A DNA stretch of 64,000 nt from an uncultured virus (IMG/VR IMGVR_UViG_3300044715_001755) (Duplodnaviria > Heunggongvirae > Uroviricota > Caudoviricetes): IMG/VR virus record IMGVR_UViG_3300044715_001755. The stretch is one strand, 5' to 3'. Below, one piece after another: positions 49,617 through 59,448 of the stretch. The first letter of the stretch is position 1. Each line of letters opens with the position of its first letter. Under the pieces are notes generated by a model, which worked only from the letters and a program-made list of their open reading frames with translations, did not search any database and was not told the DNA's origin. Made by a program: the position numbers and the translations under genes.

Positions 49617-50645
49617 ATGGAAAAAAAGAAAGTTTTAGTTACAGGAGGATTGGGGTACATCGGTTCTCACACGGTTATATCACTCTTTGAAAACGGATTC
49701 GAACCCGTTATTTTAGATAATCTCAGCAATTCAAGTCCATCCGTTATCGATAGTCTACAGAGCATATTCGATGGATATAGACCACACGTTTATCTTGAAG
49801 AATTGAGGGACAGAAAGGTTCTACTAGAGATATTCGAGGAACATAAATTCCATGGAGTCATACATTTCGCAGCTAGCAAATATGTGGGCGAGTCTGTTAC
49901 AAATCCACTGAAATACTACAAGAACAACGTAGATGGTATATGCTCACTGATCTCTGTCATGCTGGAGTATGATGTGAAGAATATAGTTTTCAGTTCATCC
50001 TGCTCCGTTTATGGTGACAGCCAAGAACAACCGGTTCACGAGGAAATGTTTAGGTACAATCCTGCTGCAAGTCCATACGGTCACACCAAACAGATAGGAG
50101 AGAGAATGCTGGAAGAATTCGCTAGAGCTTATGGTCTTAGATGTCTTTCTCTTAGATACTTCAACCCAGCGGGTGCTCACGAATCAGGAGAAATCGGAGA
50201 ACTTCCGAACAGAAAAGAATCCAATCTATTTCCAATAATGTGCAGAGCAGCGGTGGATCCTGAATCAACACTGACTGTATTTGGAAAAGATTACGATACG
50301 TCAGATGGATCTTGTATCAGGGACTTTATACACGTTTGCGATCTTGCAGATGCACACGTTAGATCACTAGATGTGCTAGATGAGCAGGAAGGATCCTATC
50401 ATGAGCTAATCAATATAGGTACAGGAAGAGGCACCTCGGTTTTGGAATGCATAAAAGAATTCTCGGATTCAAATGATGTTGCAGTGAAATATAAAATAGG
50501 TGAGAGAAGAGCTGGTGATGTTATGAAAGTTTGGTCATCAACGGCTAAAGCTGAGGCACTGCTAAAATGGAGTCCTAAAAGAACACTAGGTGAGATCTGC
50601 AAATCTTCTTTCATGTGGTACCAAAAATCCACCACCAGATCCTGA
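49617..50645 (+). CDS. galE: UDP-glucose 4-epimerase
   Basis: VTGGLGYIGSHT, HFAASKYVGES, FSSSCSVYG, SPYGHTK, LRYFNPAGAH, DGSCIRDFIHV. Confidence 0.95.
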   Translation: MEKKKVLVTGGLGYIGSHTVISLFENGFEPVILDNLSNSSPSVIDSLQSIFDGYRPHVYLEELRDRKVLLEIFEEHKFHGVIHFAASKYVGESVTNPLKYYKNNVDGICSLISVMLEYDVKNIVFSSSCSVYGDSQEQPVHEEMFRYNPAASPYGHTKQIGERMLEEFARAYGLRCLSLRYFNPAGAHESGEIGELPNRKESNLFPIMCRAAVDPESTLTVFGKDYDTSDGSCIRDFIHVCDLADAHVRSLDVLDEQEGSYHELINIGTGRGTSVLECIKEFSDSNDVAVKYKIGERRAGDVMKVWSSTAKAEALLKWSPKRTLGEICKSSFMWYQKSTTRS

Positions 50646-50668
50646 TATATAGCATAAAATAAAACTCA

Positions 50669-51037
50669 ATGAAAATTAAAAGACTATATGAAGATGCAAG
50701 ATACCGTGACTCACAGATAAAAGATGCGGTGAAGGAATTTATCTATTCTAACAAAGACAATATAGATAGCATGGCTTCAGAAGAACTATGGGAACAGATC
50801 TACGATCTTCTAATATCTAATTTTCCAGATTACGACGAGGATGTTCTAATTACAACATTCAACAAAGAATATGGAACACCACCAGAGGAACTAACAGAGG
50901 ATGGCGAAGAAGATGACGGGGATTTTAAAAAGACTGACGGTCTACCTGGTATGTCTTACACATCCTGGGCAAGATCCGCTCTAGGTGTCAACCAGAAATT
51001 AACAGAATCTTCGATAAAAAGATTAGGAGATTTTTAA
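50669..51037 (+). CDS. acidic protein with CTS-like N-terminus
   Basis: MKIKRLYE; GATATATA 50644-50651. Confidence 0.65.
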   Translation: MKIKRLYEDARYRDSQIKDAVKEFIYSNKDNIDSMASEELWEQIYDLLISNFPDYDEDVLITTFNKEYGTPPEELTEDGEEDDGDFKKTDGLPGMSYTSWARSALGVNQKLTESSIKRLGDF

Positions 51038-51044
51038 AAAAAAT

Positions 51045-51071
51045 AAAGGAGTCTATTTAGGCTCCTTTTTT
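51045..51071. terminator. bidirectional terminator
   Basis: AAAGGAGTCTA-tt-TAGGCTCCTTTT between convergent genes. Confidence 0.7.
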
Positions 51072-51091
51072 ATTATCTGACTTGTAATTTA

Positions 51092-52522
51092 TTATAGATC
51101 GAAAATTGGATATCCCTGATCTGGGTATAATTTTTTAGCTATCTTGACTCTTAATGATTCGTTGATAAATTTAGATAGCATCTTAACCTTCTCGAAATCA
51201 CCAGCATCTAAAGCTGCATCTATTTCCTTCTCGATTTCTCTTTTAGAAAGGTTAGAGTAATAATTATCGTCTTTTACCTCATCGCCCATCTCGACTTCTT
51301 CAGGCTCTTCCGCGTATGTCTCTATTCCCGCCTGAGCAAGGTCATATTTACTAAGCTCGTCTTTTATTGAATCTATGATCTTCTGGGTTTCTCTCTTAGC
51401 TATATCTAGTGCCTTTGCATCACCCAGAACAAAACCGTTTAATATGTTTCTAAAAAGCTCTAAGAATTTAGCAGGCTCCATAACCATAAGCTCACCTGCT
51501 ACTCTTTCTTTAAGATTCTCCATCTCTTTAGACTCCTTGAAAGAGTTGATAAACTCTCTTAAGTCTGCGGCTATATAAGGACCATATCTAAGATCCTCTA
51601 GTTCATCTGCTAGTGTATCTGTATTCATAACCACTATTTCAGCTGTCTCCTCATCTGAAGGAATGTTGTTAGCAAGAATTAGCTGCCATATTCCTTTAAT
51701 TGCTTCGTGTAAAAGCATAGCAAAATCATGGCCTCTTGCTATAACACTAATCCCTGTAAGATCAGATAAATCATCCTCTGCATCTTCAATGTTTCCTTTT
51801 TCTAGATTCTTTAAGAAATCCTCTAGATCTTCTTCCTTATCTGGATTTTCTTTCTTCTCTTCCCATGATACTTTAGCAGATCCAGCAAAGCCATCTTTAT
51901 TGGCTCTCCACATTTCTTTTTGAACCTCCATTGGTATTGACCAGTCGAAGAAATCCGCTATTTCTGTTATCTTATTAAGAAGCTCGATGTATTTTCTTCC
52001 ATCTTGCTCACCCATTAGACCTAATATAGCATCTCTTGTCTCAGGAAGGTTCAATGCTTTTTTAACCGATTTAGCTTCTCCCTGTCCGATGTTATTACCA
52101 ATCTTTCTCATTTGAATGGCACTGATAATACCTTTGTCTTTCAATTCTTCCAATTCTGGGAATTGTGGCTCTTCCGGTGTTTGCTCCATTGTGTCCTGGA
52201 TCTCACCTTTCTTAGCAAATTTGATATCAAGGTTAACCCCATCTAATATTTCAGAATACAAATTGAGAATAGCATCTTTTGCGATTTGCTCTAGCTCTTT
52301 TTTATATGGTTCCTGTAGTCTTCTGGATTCACCAACCATTCCCATGAATCTACCGATATCTGCACCGTGTGTTCTTTTAAGTTGATCTAATTTCTCTTTA
52401 GCTCTTCTCTCAACGTCAGATAGGTATTTTCCACCTCCATCTTCAGATTCACCGGGTATTCCTGGATTTCCTCTTAGAGAAGCTTCGTTTAAGTACTCCT
52501 CGAAATTTTTAATAGTTGCCAT
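51092..52522 (-). CDS. large acidic protein with CTS-like N-terminus
   Basis: MATIKNFEEYLNE; LLHEAIKG; C-terminal IDAALDAGDFEKV. Confidence 0.7.
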   Translation of the reverse strand: MATIKNFEEYLNEASLRGNPGIPGESEDGGGKYLSDVERRAKEKLDQLKRTHGADIGRFMGMVGESRRLQEPYKKELEQIAKDAILNLYSEILDGVNLDIKFAKKGEIQDTMEQTPEEPQFPELEELKDKGIISAIQMRKIGNNIGQGEAKSVKKALNLPETRDAILGLMGEQDGRKYIELLNKITEIADFFDWSIPMEVQKEMWRANKDGFAGSAKVSWEEKKENPDKEEDLEDFLKNLEKGNIEDAEDDLSDLTGISVIARGHDFAMLLHEAIKGIWQLILANNIPSDEETAEIVVMNTDTLADELEDLRYGPYIAADLREFINSFKESKEMENLKERVAGELMVMEPAKFLELFRNILNGFVLGDAKALDIAKRETQKIIDSIKDELSKYDLAQAGIETYAEEPEEVEMGDEVKDDNYYSNLSKREIEKEIDAALDAGDFEKVKMLSKFINESLRVKIAKKLYPDQGYPIFDL

Positions 52523-52772
52523 ATGCTTGTTTTAGTTTTTTAATATTAAGATCGAATGGTTTGCTAACTTTTTTAAGTTCCTCCATGAATCTATTAACTG
52601 CGTCTTCTACCTTAGCCTGTGGTTTAGGATCTACCGCTGGCTTTTCTCTTCTGATTGGACTTGGTCTAGATGGTGTTGTGCTCGGAGATGGTGTAGTTTT
52701 TGGAGGTGCCGTTGTGGGCTTTGGCTCCGACATCTGCACAAACTCGTCGATTTTTGTTGTAACCTTATTCAT
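52509..52772 (-). CDS. Pro/Thr-rich small protein
   Basis: PTTAPPKTTPSPSTTPSRPSP. Confidence 0.65.
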   Translation of the reverse strand: MNKVTTKIDEFVQMSEPKPTTAPPKTTPSPSTTPSRPSPIRREKPAVDPKPQAKVEDAVNRFMEELKKVSKPFDLNIKKLKQAYGNY

Positions 52773-52791
52773 TTTTGTTATTTATTTGTTT

Positions 52792-52801
52792 GATATATAT
52801 C
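52792..52801. promoter_or_regulatory. palindromic GATATATATC: late motif on both strands between divergent genes
   Basis: perfect palindrome between 52772(-) and 52825(+). Confidence 0.7.
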
Positions 52802-52824
52802 CAGGCAAATAATCTATATTTTAA

Positions 52825-54357
52825 ATGTACACTAAAAAGATAACCTACAACTCTCTCTTTGAGAACGTTCAGCAGGCAAAGGATTTCCTATTCAAGGAAT
52901 ACGCTAAGAAATACAGGAAAGAAGTAAAGGACCTAGACGAGGATATCAAAAAGGAAATTCTTAGAAATCCAGATTGGGTTGAAATCAGAGACCTCAATGT
53001 TAAAACTCCGGGGTACACCTACCTACTAACTAAATTCTTCTTTGAGGAAGGAGCTACAATGGAGATGATTAAATCTATCCACGAGAAACTTTTGAGATTC
53101 AAACAGAATCTTAACGAGCTTCCAATGACAGTAGATCAATATGCTAAGATAGAGAAGACCCCAGATGATTCTAGACCTGGATGGGAGAGATTAGAAGATG
53201 ATCTAAATATAGTAGAGCAAAAGAGAGCTTTAAAGGATCTCACTAATGAATTTGCTTCGGAGCTAAAGGACGATTATAAGAAAGCCACAAAAGACCAGGT
53301 AAATGCTTTAATGGACATATCCAATAGAGCTAAAGAAAGAGGAGATGAATGCTTCAAGCAATTGCTAGGATATAATCCAGAGACCCAAAAATACAACCTA
53401 AGGGTTTATAAAACAGTTCAGCAATTTATAGATTCATCCAATCAGTTTCTAGAAAACTACGACAAGCTAACCAATGCACAAGAGGATATGGAAGAAGTTC
53501 CAATATACTCCGAGGAAATAAAGGAACTTGGCAGTTCGGTTAAGGTTCTTTATAGAGATAAAGATTATCTATCGATTTCAACCAGAACTGGTAAAGCACA
53601 AACCAAGCTATTTGGCGACAAATGGTGTATAGGTAGAGCAACTTCTACTTTCTGGAGTTACGGAGGTGGAAAAATACAACTTAACACATTCAATTTCACA
53701 AAGCCAGTAACTGATAAGTATAGCTTAATTGGTATGACGATCTCACCAGACGGGAAGGTAACAGATAGCGCTGATAAGTTTAATAGTGCTCTCCCGGATG
53801 CAAAGGGAACTTATTTTTGGACGGTATTTGAAAAACTGGGATATCCAGCTAAATTTATTAACGCAGTAAAGGAAGATTTCCCAAAAGAGGTTAAGTTGAG
53901 ATTGGCAATGGAGAATTTCCACAAGTTCTCAGACGATTCTGCAAACTCTCTAAATCCTAGAAAGATAGTGACATCACTGGTGTCAATGAACCAAAACATT
54001 GCAAAGGGTATAATGAGCCCTGAGGAATGGGAAGAAATATCTGCGGATGTATCTAGATTGATCTTTGATGAAATGGGACTAAAGCCATCTGACTTTCTTG
54101 AATTCTTTAAAGAAAACGGAATATTCACAGAATCAATGTGGAACGTATTCGATGAGATTATCGGAAACAATTACGCAAAAGATGACATGGAGAAGATCTA
54201 CACAGCATCCAATGAGGGATATGACGACATAGAGCTTATCTACCAGATGTTTAAGAAGAAAGGCGTTGGTATAAAGAAAGAAGACGCAGAGGTTTTAAAA
54301 GAGGTAATCGATAGAAAGGATGAGTTCCTTAAAGCTATAAAGGCTAGAATCAAATAG
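52825..54357 (+). CDS. large hypothetical protein, CTS-like N-terminus
   Basis: MYTKKITYNSLFE; KWCIG...FWSY motif. Confidence 0.7.
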   Translation: MYTKKITYNSLFENVQQAKDFLFKEYAKKYRKEVKDLDEDIKKEILRNPDWVEIRDLNVKTPGYTYLLTKFFFEEGATMEMIKSIHEKLLRFKQNLNELPMTVDQYAKIEKTPDDSRPGWERLEDDLNIVEQKRALKDLTNEFASELKDDYKKATKDQVNALMDISNRAKERGDECFKQLLGYNPETQKYNLRVYKTVQQFIDSSNQFLENYDKLTNAQEDMEEVPIYSEEIKELGSSVKVLYRDKDYLSISTRTGKAQTKLFGDKWCIGRATSTFWSYGGGKIQLNTFNFTKPVTDKYSLIGMTISPDGKVTDSADKFNSALPDAKGTYFWTVFEKLGYPAKFINAVKEDFPKEVKLRLAMENFHKFSDDSANSLNPRKIVTSLVSMNQNIAKGIMSPEEWEEISADVSRLIFDEMGLKPSDFLEFFKENGIFTESMWNVFDEIIGNNYAKDDMEKIYTASNEGYDDIELIYQMFKKKGVGIKKEDAEVLKEVIDRKDEFLKAIKARIK

Positions 54358-54375
54358 GAAACGAACACACAAAAG

Positions 54376-54401
54376 AAAAGGAGCTAAAAGCTCCTTTTTT
54401 T
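54376..54401. terminator. bidirectional terminator
   Basis: AAAAGGAGCT-aaa-AGCTCCTTTTTT. Confidence 0.75.
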
Positions 54402-54418
54402 ATTTAATAGTGTTAGGT

Positions 54419-55003
54419 TTAAAAAGATTGGATTTCGCCAATAAGTCTTTTTATAGTGTCCTCCATTTCTGCTTTATCCTCGGAAGCTTCCACTATATTA
54501 TCAAATAGGATAGCTAGGTTAGAGATTAGCTTAGCAAAAGAGTCAGTGAATTTCATATTAGAGTCTCTTTTGTTAAGAGAATATAGATCTACAACGATCT
54601 CTTCTATAAATTCTATAGCGGTATTGAGATTGCCTCTGTACTTCCATTCTCCGTCCTCGTCACTAATTGATCCTTCCATAAAGTCCTCAACATCGGAGTT
54701 TATCTTATCAATTTCCGATTTTGTATTGGAAGCTGAGCTAGAAGCAGAGACTAATTTTTGAGCGTCTTCCAGCTTCATTTTTTCTGCGCTTTCCTTAGGT
54801 ATTCTGAATGATCTATCAGATGATGAACCTATAGGCTGGATCACCCAGAAATTACCATCTAGATCTATTACCTGACCCGGTCCTCTATATGAATTAACAT
54901 AGGATCCAATATCGATCACATCGTCATCGCCATGTATTTCTCTATATGGATCCTCCAGGAATTTATCCAGATCAAAGTCCTCGTATATCTTTATATGTCT
55001 CAT
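54419..55003 (-). CDS. hypothetical protein, CTS-like N-terminus (ATG 55003)
   Basis: MRHIKIYEDF. Confidence 0.65.
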   Translation of the reverse strand: MRHIKIYEDFDLDKFLEDPYREIHGDDDVIDIGSYVNSYRGPGQVIDLDGNFWVIQPIGSSSDRSFRIPKESAEKMKLEDAQKLVSASSSASNTKSEIDKINSDVEDFMEGSISDEDGEWKYRGNLNTAIEFIEEIVVDLYSLNKRDSNMKFTDSFAKLISNLAILFDNIVEASEDKAEMEDTIKRLIGEIQSF

Positions 55004-55004
55004 A

Positions 55005-55205
55005 TTAGCAGAATATTCTCTTAGCTTCTGTGTAGTCATCCTTAGAAAGATCCCAGTCTTTCATTTTAGGTTTTAAGTATTCCTTTGCCTCTGCGAAAGT
55101 TCCCTTAGCGTTCTTCTTAAAGAACTTTTCAAGGTGAGAGTAGATAGCGGGATGAATTCCTTTCTTCTCCGCAATGTAAGTTTCAAAAATTTTAATGTTT
55201 TTCAT
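55005..55205 (-). CDS. small protein, CTS-like N-terminus
   Basis: MKNIKIFETYIAE; motif at 55213-55220. Confidence 0.7.
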   Translation of the reverse strand: MKNIKIFETYIAEKKGIHPAIYSHLEKFFKKNAKGTFAEAKEYLKPKMKDWDLSKDDYTEAKRIFC

Positions 55206-55286
55206 AGTGAATTATATATCCAGAAAACAAAAAAGAACTTTAACAAGGAAGATGTCTATAATAACAAAAAATAATCTAAAGAAAGT

Positions 55287-56333
55287 ATGAAAATAAAATT
55301 AGAGTACATTTGGTTGGATGGTACAAAACCAGAATCCCGATTAAGATCTAAAACAAAAATCTATTCTCCTTCTATAGGCCTAGACGGAATGCATTTAAGA
55401 CTACCAGAGCTAAGTGACCTTCCACAGTGGACATTCGATGGAAGCTCGACCGGACAAGCTAGCGGAAATTTTTCAGATCTTATACTAAATCCGGTTAAGA
55501 TGTGTCCAGATCCATTAAGAGACCTAGGATATCTAGTTCTTTGCGAGGTTTTAAATCCAGACGGTACACCACACAAGACAAACCATAGAGGTAGCATCAT
55601 TAAGACCGATATGTGGGTGGGATTTGAGCAAGAGTATTTTATAAGGGAACTAGAGGGTAATATTCTTGGGTGGAAAAAAGATAGCTTTGAAATGAGACCA
55701 CAGGGTGATTATTATTGCGGAGTTGGGGCAGGAAACGTTGCAGGCAGAACCATTGTGGAAGATCATCTTGACTACTGCCTCTCCTGCGGTTTGGAGATTA
55801 CCGGGACTAATGCTGAAGTTGCTTTAGGTCAGTGGGAGTATCAGCTTTTTGCTAAGGATGCACTAGAAGCTGCGGATAATCTATGGATATCAAGATACAT
55901 TTTAGAAAGAGTAGCTGAAAGATATAACTATAAAATTGAATGGGCAGCTAAACCGGTAAAAGGTGACTGGAACGGGTCTGGTCTACACACTAACTTCTCA
56001 ACAGAAGAAATGAGAGAAGAAGGGGGAGAGGATCTTTTTAATTCAATCTTTGAAACTCTTCAGACATATCACGACATATCGATCTCTTCATATGGCTCAG
56101 GAAATGAAATGAGATTAACAGGAAAGCACGAGACACAAAGCATAGATAAATTTAGCTGGGGCGTTTCAGATAGAGGTGCATCGATTAGGATCCCACTAGC
56201 TACAAAAGAGGAAGGATTTAAAGGATATCTAGAGGACAGAAGGCCAGCTTCAAATGCTAACCCGTATCTCCTTCTGGGAACTTTAACAACATTGGTTCTC
56301 ACAGCTACTGAGAAAAAAATGATTGAGAACTAA
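55287..56333 (+). CDS. glnII: glutamine synthetase, type II
   Basis: EYIWLDG, WTFDGSST, GFEQEY, NAEVALGQWEYQ, GDWNGSGLHTNFST, RLTGKHET, DRGASIRIP, YLEDRRPASN. Confidence 0.93.
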   Translation: MKIKLEYIWLDGTKPESRLRSKTKIYSPSIGLDGMHLRLPELSDLPQWTFDGSSTGQASGNFSDLILNPVKMCPDPLRDLGYLVLCEVLNPDGTPHKTNHRGSIIKTDMWVGFEQEYFIRELEGNILGWKKDSFEMRPQGDYYCGVGAGNVAGRTIVEDHLDYCLSCGLEITGTNAEVALGQWEYQLFAKDALEAADNLWISRYILERVAERYNYKIEWAAKPVKGDWNGSGLHTNFSTEEMREEGGEDLFNSIFETLQTYHDISISSYGSGNEMRLTGKHETQSIDKFSWGVSDRGASIRIPLATKEEGFKGYLEDRRPASNANPYLLLGTLTTLVLTATEKKMIEN

Positions 56334-56692
56334 TGGCAGTTAGAAAGAAAAAAGAAGCACCCCGCTTAATAGAATCTTCTATATCGGATCTCGAGGTAGC
56401 TAGAAAAATGATAAAGATCCACCAGAGTGCAGTAGACAGAAAATTAGACTATAACTTATCTTTCGATACTGTTAGAAAGCTAATGTCATATAAAACTTGC
56501 TACTACACGGGTAAAGAATTCGAGCAAGATGGCATGTACTCAATGAGCTTTGACAGAGTGGATTCAGCCAAAGGGTACGTTGAGGGCAATGTCGTTTCAT
56601 GCACAATCGATATAAACGGCAAGAAATCAAACTTAAGTGTGGACGAGATTAAATCTCTATATGATAAACTAATAGCTAGAATTGAAAAATAA
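56333..56692 (+). CDS. HNH-like endonuclease-fold protein
   Basis: CYYTG, SFDRVDSAKGYVEGNVVSC...NGKKSN. Confidence 0.7.
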   Translation: MAVRKKKEAPRLIESSISDLEVARKMIKIHQSAVDRKLDYNLSFDTVRKLMSYKTCYYTGKEFEQDGMYSMSFDRVDSAKGYVEGNVVSCTIDINGKKSNLSVDEIKSLYDKLIARIEK

Positions 56693-56709
56693 ACTAAAAA
56701 AACAATAAA

Positions 56710-57144
56710 ATGACAAAAGGAATTATTAAAACAGACAAAGGAGATTTCCCATTTGATCTTTACGATACAGATGCTCCAGGAACAGTTAAAAATTTTGTGG
56801 ATCTTTCTAAGAAGGGTTTTTACAATGGACTTTCTTTCCATAGAGTGATCCCAGGATTCGTGGCTCAGGGTGGATGTCCCGATAATAATGGAGCGGGTGG
56901 ACCAGGATACACCATACCATGCGAAACAGGTGGTGGTAACCAATATCATGACACCGGAGTTTTATCAATGGCTCATGCTGGTAGAAACACAGGAGGGTCA
57001 CAGTTCTTCATCTGTCACAATAGACAGAACACACAGCATTTGGATAGAAACCACACTTGCTTTGGAAGAATCACAGAAAACCTAGGTGCAATACAGAATA
57101 TAACACCAGGCACTATCATCAACCAGATAGAGATCGTTGAATAA
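56710..57144 (+). CDS. cyclophilin-type peptidyl-prolyl isomerase
   Basis: [54 protein letters not shown]. Confidence 0.95.
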   Translation: MTKGIIKTDKGDFPFDLYDTDAPGTVKNFVDLSKKGFYNGLSFHRVIPGFVAQGGCPDNNGAGGPGYTIPCETGGGNQYHDTGVLSMAHAGRNTGGSQFFICHNRQNTQHLDRNHTCFGRITENLGAIQNITPGTIINQIEIVE

Positions 57145-57170
57145 ACGGATATATAAATAAAAACTTTAAA

Positions 57171-57482
57171 ATGATACAGGGAAATATTTGCTACAGATTA
57201 GTAGCTAGCACAAACTATAGACCAGGCGCTACTGGTGCTACTGCAGGTCCTCAAAACGGAGACTTACCAATATGTGGAGTTTATGTTGCTCCTGGAGCTG
57301 CAACTCTAGATTTTTTTGACGCTAACGGTAATAGAAATCAGATAAGTATAGGATCAGGTAACACTGGCGTATTTCTTCCGATATCAGTTTATCAAACAGG
57401 ATCATCTTTATCAGGTACGATATTTGGATTCTCACCGGGAAATCCATACGGAAATGCCACTTCAACAGGTTACGTAGGATAA
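57171..57482 (+). CDS. Gly/Thr-rich putative structural protein
   Basis: GATATATA 57148-57155; composition. Confidence 0.6.
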   Translation: MIQGNICYRLVASTNYRPGATGATAGPQNGDLPICGVYVAPGAATLDFFDANGNRNQISIGSGNTGVFLPISVYQTGSSLSGTIFGFSPGNPYGNATSTGYVG

Positions 57483-57497
57483 TGATATAGGGATAAA

Positions 57498-57529
57498 ATA
57501 AAAGCCTCTTAGAAATAAGAGGCTTTTTT
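57498..57529. terminator. bidirectional terminator
   Basis: AAAAGCCTCTTA-gaaa-TAAGAGGCTTTTTT. Confidence 0.8.
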
Positions 57530-57602
57530 ATTTAAGTAGGTCTTTGGTTATAAATGGTGAGAGATCTTCAACGTTTAGAATAATGAAGGTATTAAGTTTC
57601 AT

Positions 57603-58211
57603 TTATTTCTTTTTCCTTCTTTCAGCTCTTGCTTTCTTAGCTTGCTTATAAAGAGCACCATCTGAAACCTTAGTAGTTCTGCCACCAACTGAGAAAGAAT
57701 TCACTCTTGCCATTCCCCATTGTTGAGGATTCGTTCCAGGAACGTGACCGTTTTTCCAGGCAGCAACTCCCCTTTGATAAACCTTTCTCAGTATACCTAA
57801 AGGAAATCCCGTCTTCTTAGCTTTGTTTCTTAAAGCAGTATCCGCCTTTCCGCCCTCGTTAATGTCTTCTATTATAGACTCGAATTCTTCCTCTTCTAAC
57901 TCTATTGAAAGATCCTCAAAAACTTCGAAAGCAGCTTCCTCCATAATCTTAGTGAATCCCTCTAGCTGTAAAATATTAGATTCTTCGTCCATGGAGGTAT
58001 CCTCGCTTTCCCCGTATAATTCTTTGAACTTCTTGGTGTACTTGCTAGATTTAGTTTCAACCTTTTTACCCTTCCCTGCTTTTTTGCTTTTGTAATCCGC
58101 ATCCCATGGTCCATATGCTGATGAATCGTCATCCGCCTTTCCGCCGTGTTTTTTAATCTCCCTCTTCATAACATTCGGGTTTGTAGTCAAGTATTTCTTA
58201 GGATATTTCAT
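57603..58211 (-). CDS. phage protein with basic-acidic-basic architecture
   Basis: ALRNKAKKTGFPLGILRKVYQRGVAAW...PQQWGMARVNSF. Confidence 0.7.
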   Translation of the reverse strand: MKYPKKYLTTNPNVMKREIKKHGGKADDDSSAYGPWDADYKSKKAGKGKKVETKSSKYTKKFKELYGESEDTSMDEESNILQLEGFTKIMEEAAFEVFEDLSIELEEEEFESIIEDINEGGKADTALRNKAKKTGFPLGILRKVYQRGVAAWKNGHVPGTNPQQWGMARVNSFSVGGRTTKVSDGALYKQAKKARAERRKKK

Positions 58212-58238
58212 ATGCTTTATTATTTATTGGTCCTGTCT

Positions 58239-58258
58239 TATATATCGGAGGATATATA
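58239..58258. promoter_or_regulatory. back-to-back GATATATA motifs (TATATATC 58239-58246, GATATATA 58251-58258)
   Basis: one per divergent gene. Confidence 0.7.
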
Positions 58259-58264
58259 AGACAT

Positions 58265-59311
58265 ATGACATTTATTCTAGATTTTAAAAAATTTATCCTT
58301 AAAGAATCGGAAACTACCGAACTTCCCGAAGTAAGGGAGTTTAAAGATGCTTTTGAAAACTCGGAGTGGGGTAAAATATTAAGTAGGGGATCTACAATAG
58401 ATCCAAAGAGAACCGGTAGGATCTACCTGAAAACATCCTATTTGCCATCTAAGACACAGATAGAAAAAAGGGGTGACAACTGGGTTTACTGGTACAGTAG
58501 CGCAGGAAGAGATTATGGGCATAAGTATATGCCAACTGCGGAGCTATTAATAAGAGAACTTATTTACGACTCCATAAGAAAAGGAAACAGCTCCATTCCA
58601 AGAAATGAGTTGGATAATTTTTTAAAAGATCATGATGTGTCTTTAAAGGTTCTTAGCGATCCTAATGTCACGATTGAATATCCCAGAAACGGTCAAATCT
58701 CTGCATACCAAGCTATAAAAGATCACAAAGCGGAGGCATTGGGTATAATCCAGGATCTATCAGGGATCAGCTCTCCGTACCTTGATTTCTTAAAAAAGCA
58801 AGGATTTACTGTAAATGGTGAAGGTAAGGACTTAGAAATTACATTTAGATTAATCAGGCTTGTACCTGGTGAGGACCAACCGGGATTACCCCCGTTTTTC
58901 AAAGACGTTAAGGAGGTAATGGAAAAATCAGGAGCGGTTGAAATATTTAGATCAGATAATTATGTTGGTTTAATTTTTAGACTTAAGGATCGTGATTATT
59001 TTAGTATTAAAATAACAGCTTCCGGTGAGGGTACAAGCGAACAAAAAGGTGCAGGGCTAAATATAATCACATTGGGATATAGCGACGAGAGGGAGCTAGT
59101 AAAAGCTCTGGATGATATCTTGAGAAAACAAATATCTAGCGAGCTTAAGCTATTAATAGGAAGAGATGATAAAATAAGCACAGACAGCCCGCTTGATGTC
59201 ATCAAAAAAGAAACCAGGAGGTTCTTTAGAGAGGGCTCTAGTGTAAATATACCGGAGGACGAAAAAAAATATCTGATAGCTAGACTGAGGACTACGAATA
59301 GGATTATATAA
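58265..59311 (+). CDS. hypothetical protein, CTS-like N-terminus
   Basis: MTFILDFKKFILKESE. Confidence 0.7.
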   Translation: MTFILDFKKFILKESETTELPEVREFKDAFENSEWGKILSRGSTIDPKRTGRIYLKTSYLPSKTQIEKRGDNWVYWYSSAGRDYGHKYMPTAELLIRELIYDSIRKGNSSIPRNELDNFLKDHDVSLKVLSDPNVTIEYPRNGQISAYQAIKDHKAEALGIIQDLSGISSPYLDFLKKQGFTVNGEGKDLEITFRLIRLVPGEDQPGLPPFFKDVKEVMEKSGAVEIFRSDNYVGLIFRLKDRDYFSIKITASGEGTSEQKGAGLNIITLGYSDERELVKALDDILRKQISSELKLLIGRDDKISTDSPLDVIKKETRRFFREGSSVNIPEDEKKYLIARLRTTNRII

Positions 59312-59325
59312 AAAAATAATACAAT

Positions 59326-59442
59326 ATGGCAAAGGCAAGAAAAGAAGGTACCAAAAGAAGAAACAGAAAAAATTGGGCTAAGAACAACAAAAGAATTTCT
59401 AAAAATATAGAAGTTTTAAAGTCACTATCCAAAGAAAAATAA
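59326..59442 (+). CDS. 38-aa basic peptide (not in ORF track)
   Basis: MAKARKEGTKRRNRKNWAKNNKRISKNIEVLKSLSKEK. Confidence 0.55.
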   Translation: MAKARKEGTKRRNRKNWAKNNKRISKNIEVLKSLSKEK

Positions 59443-59448
59443 ATCAAG

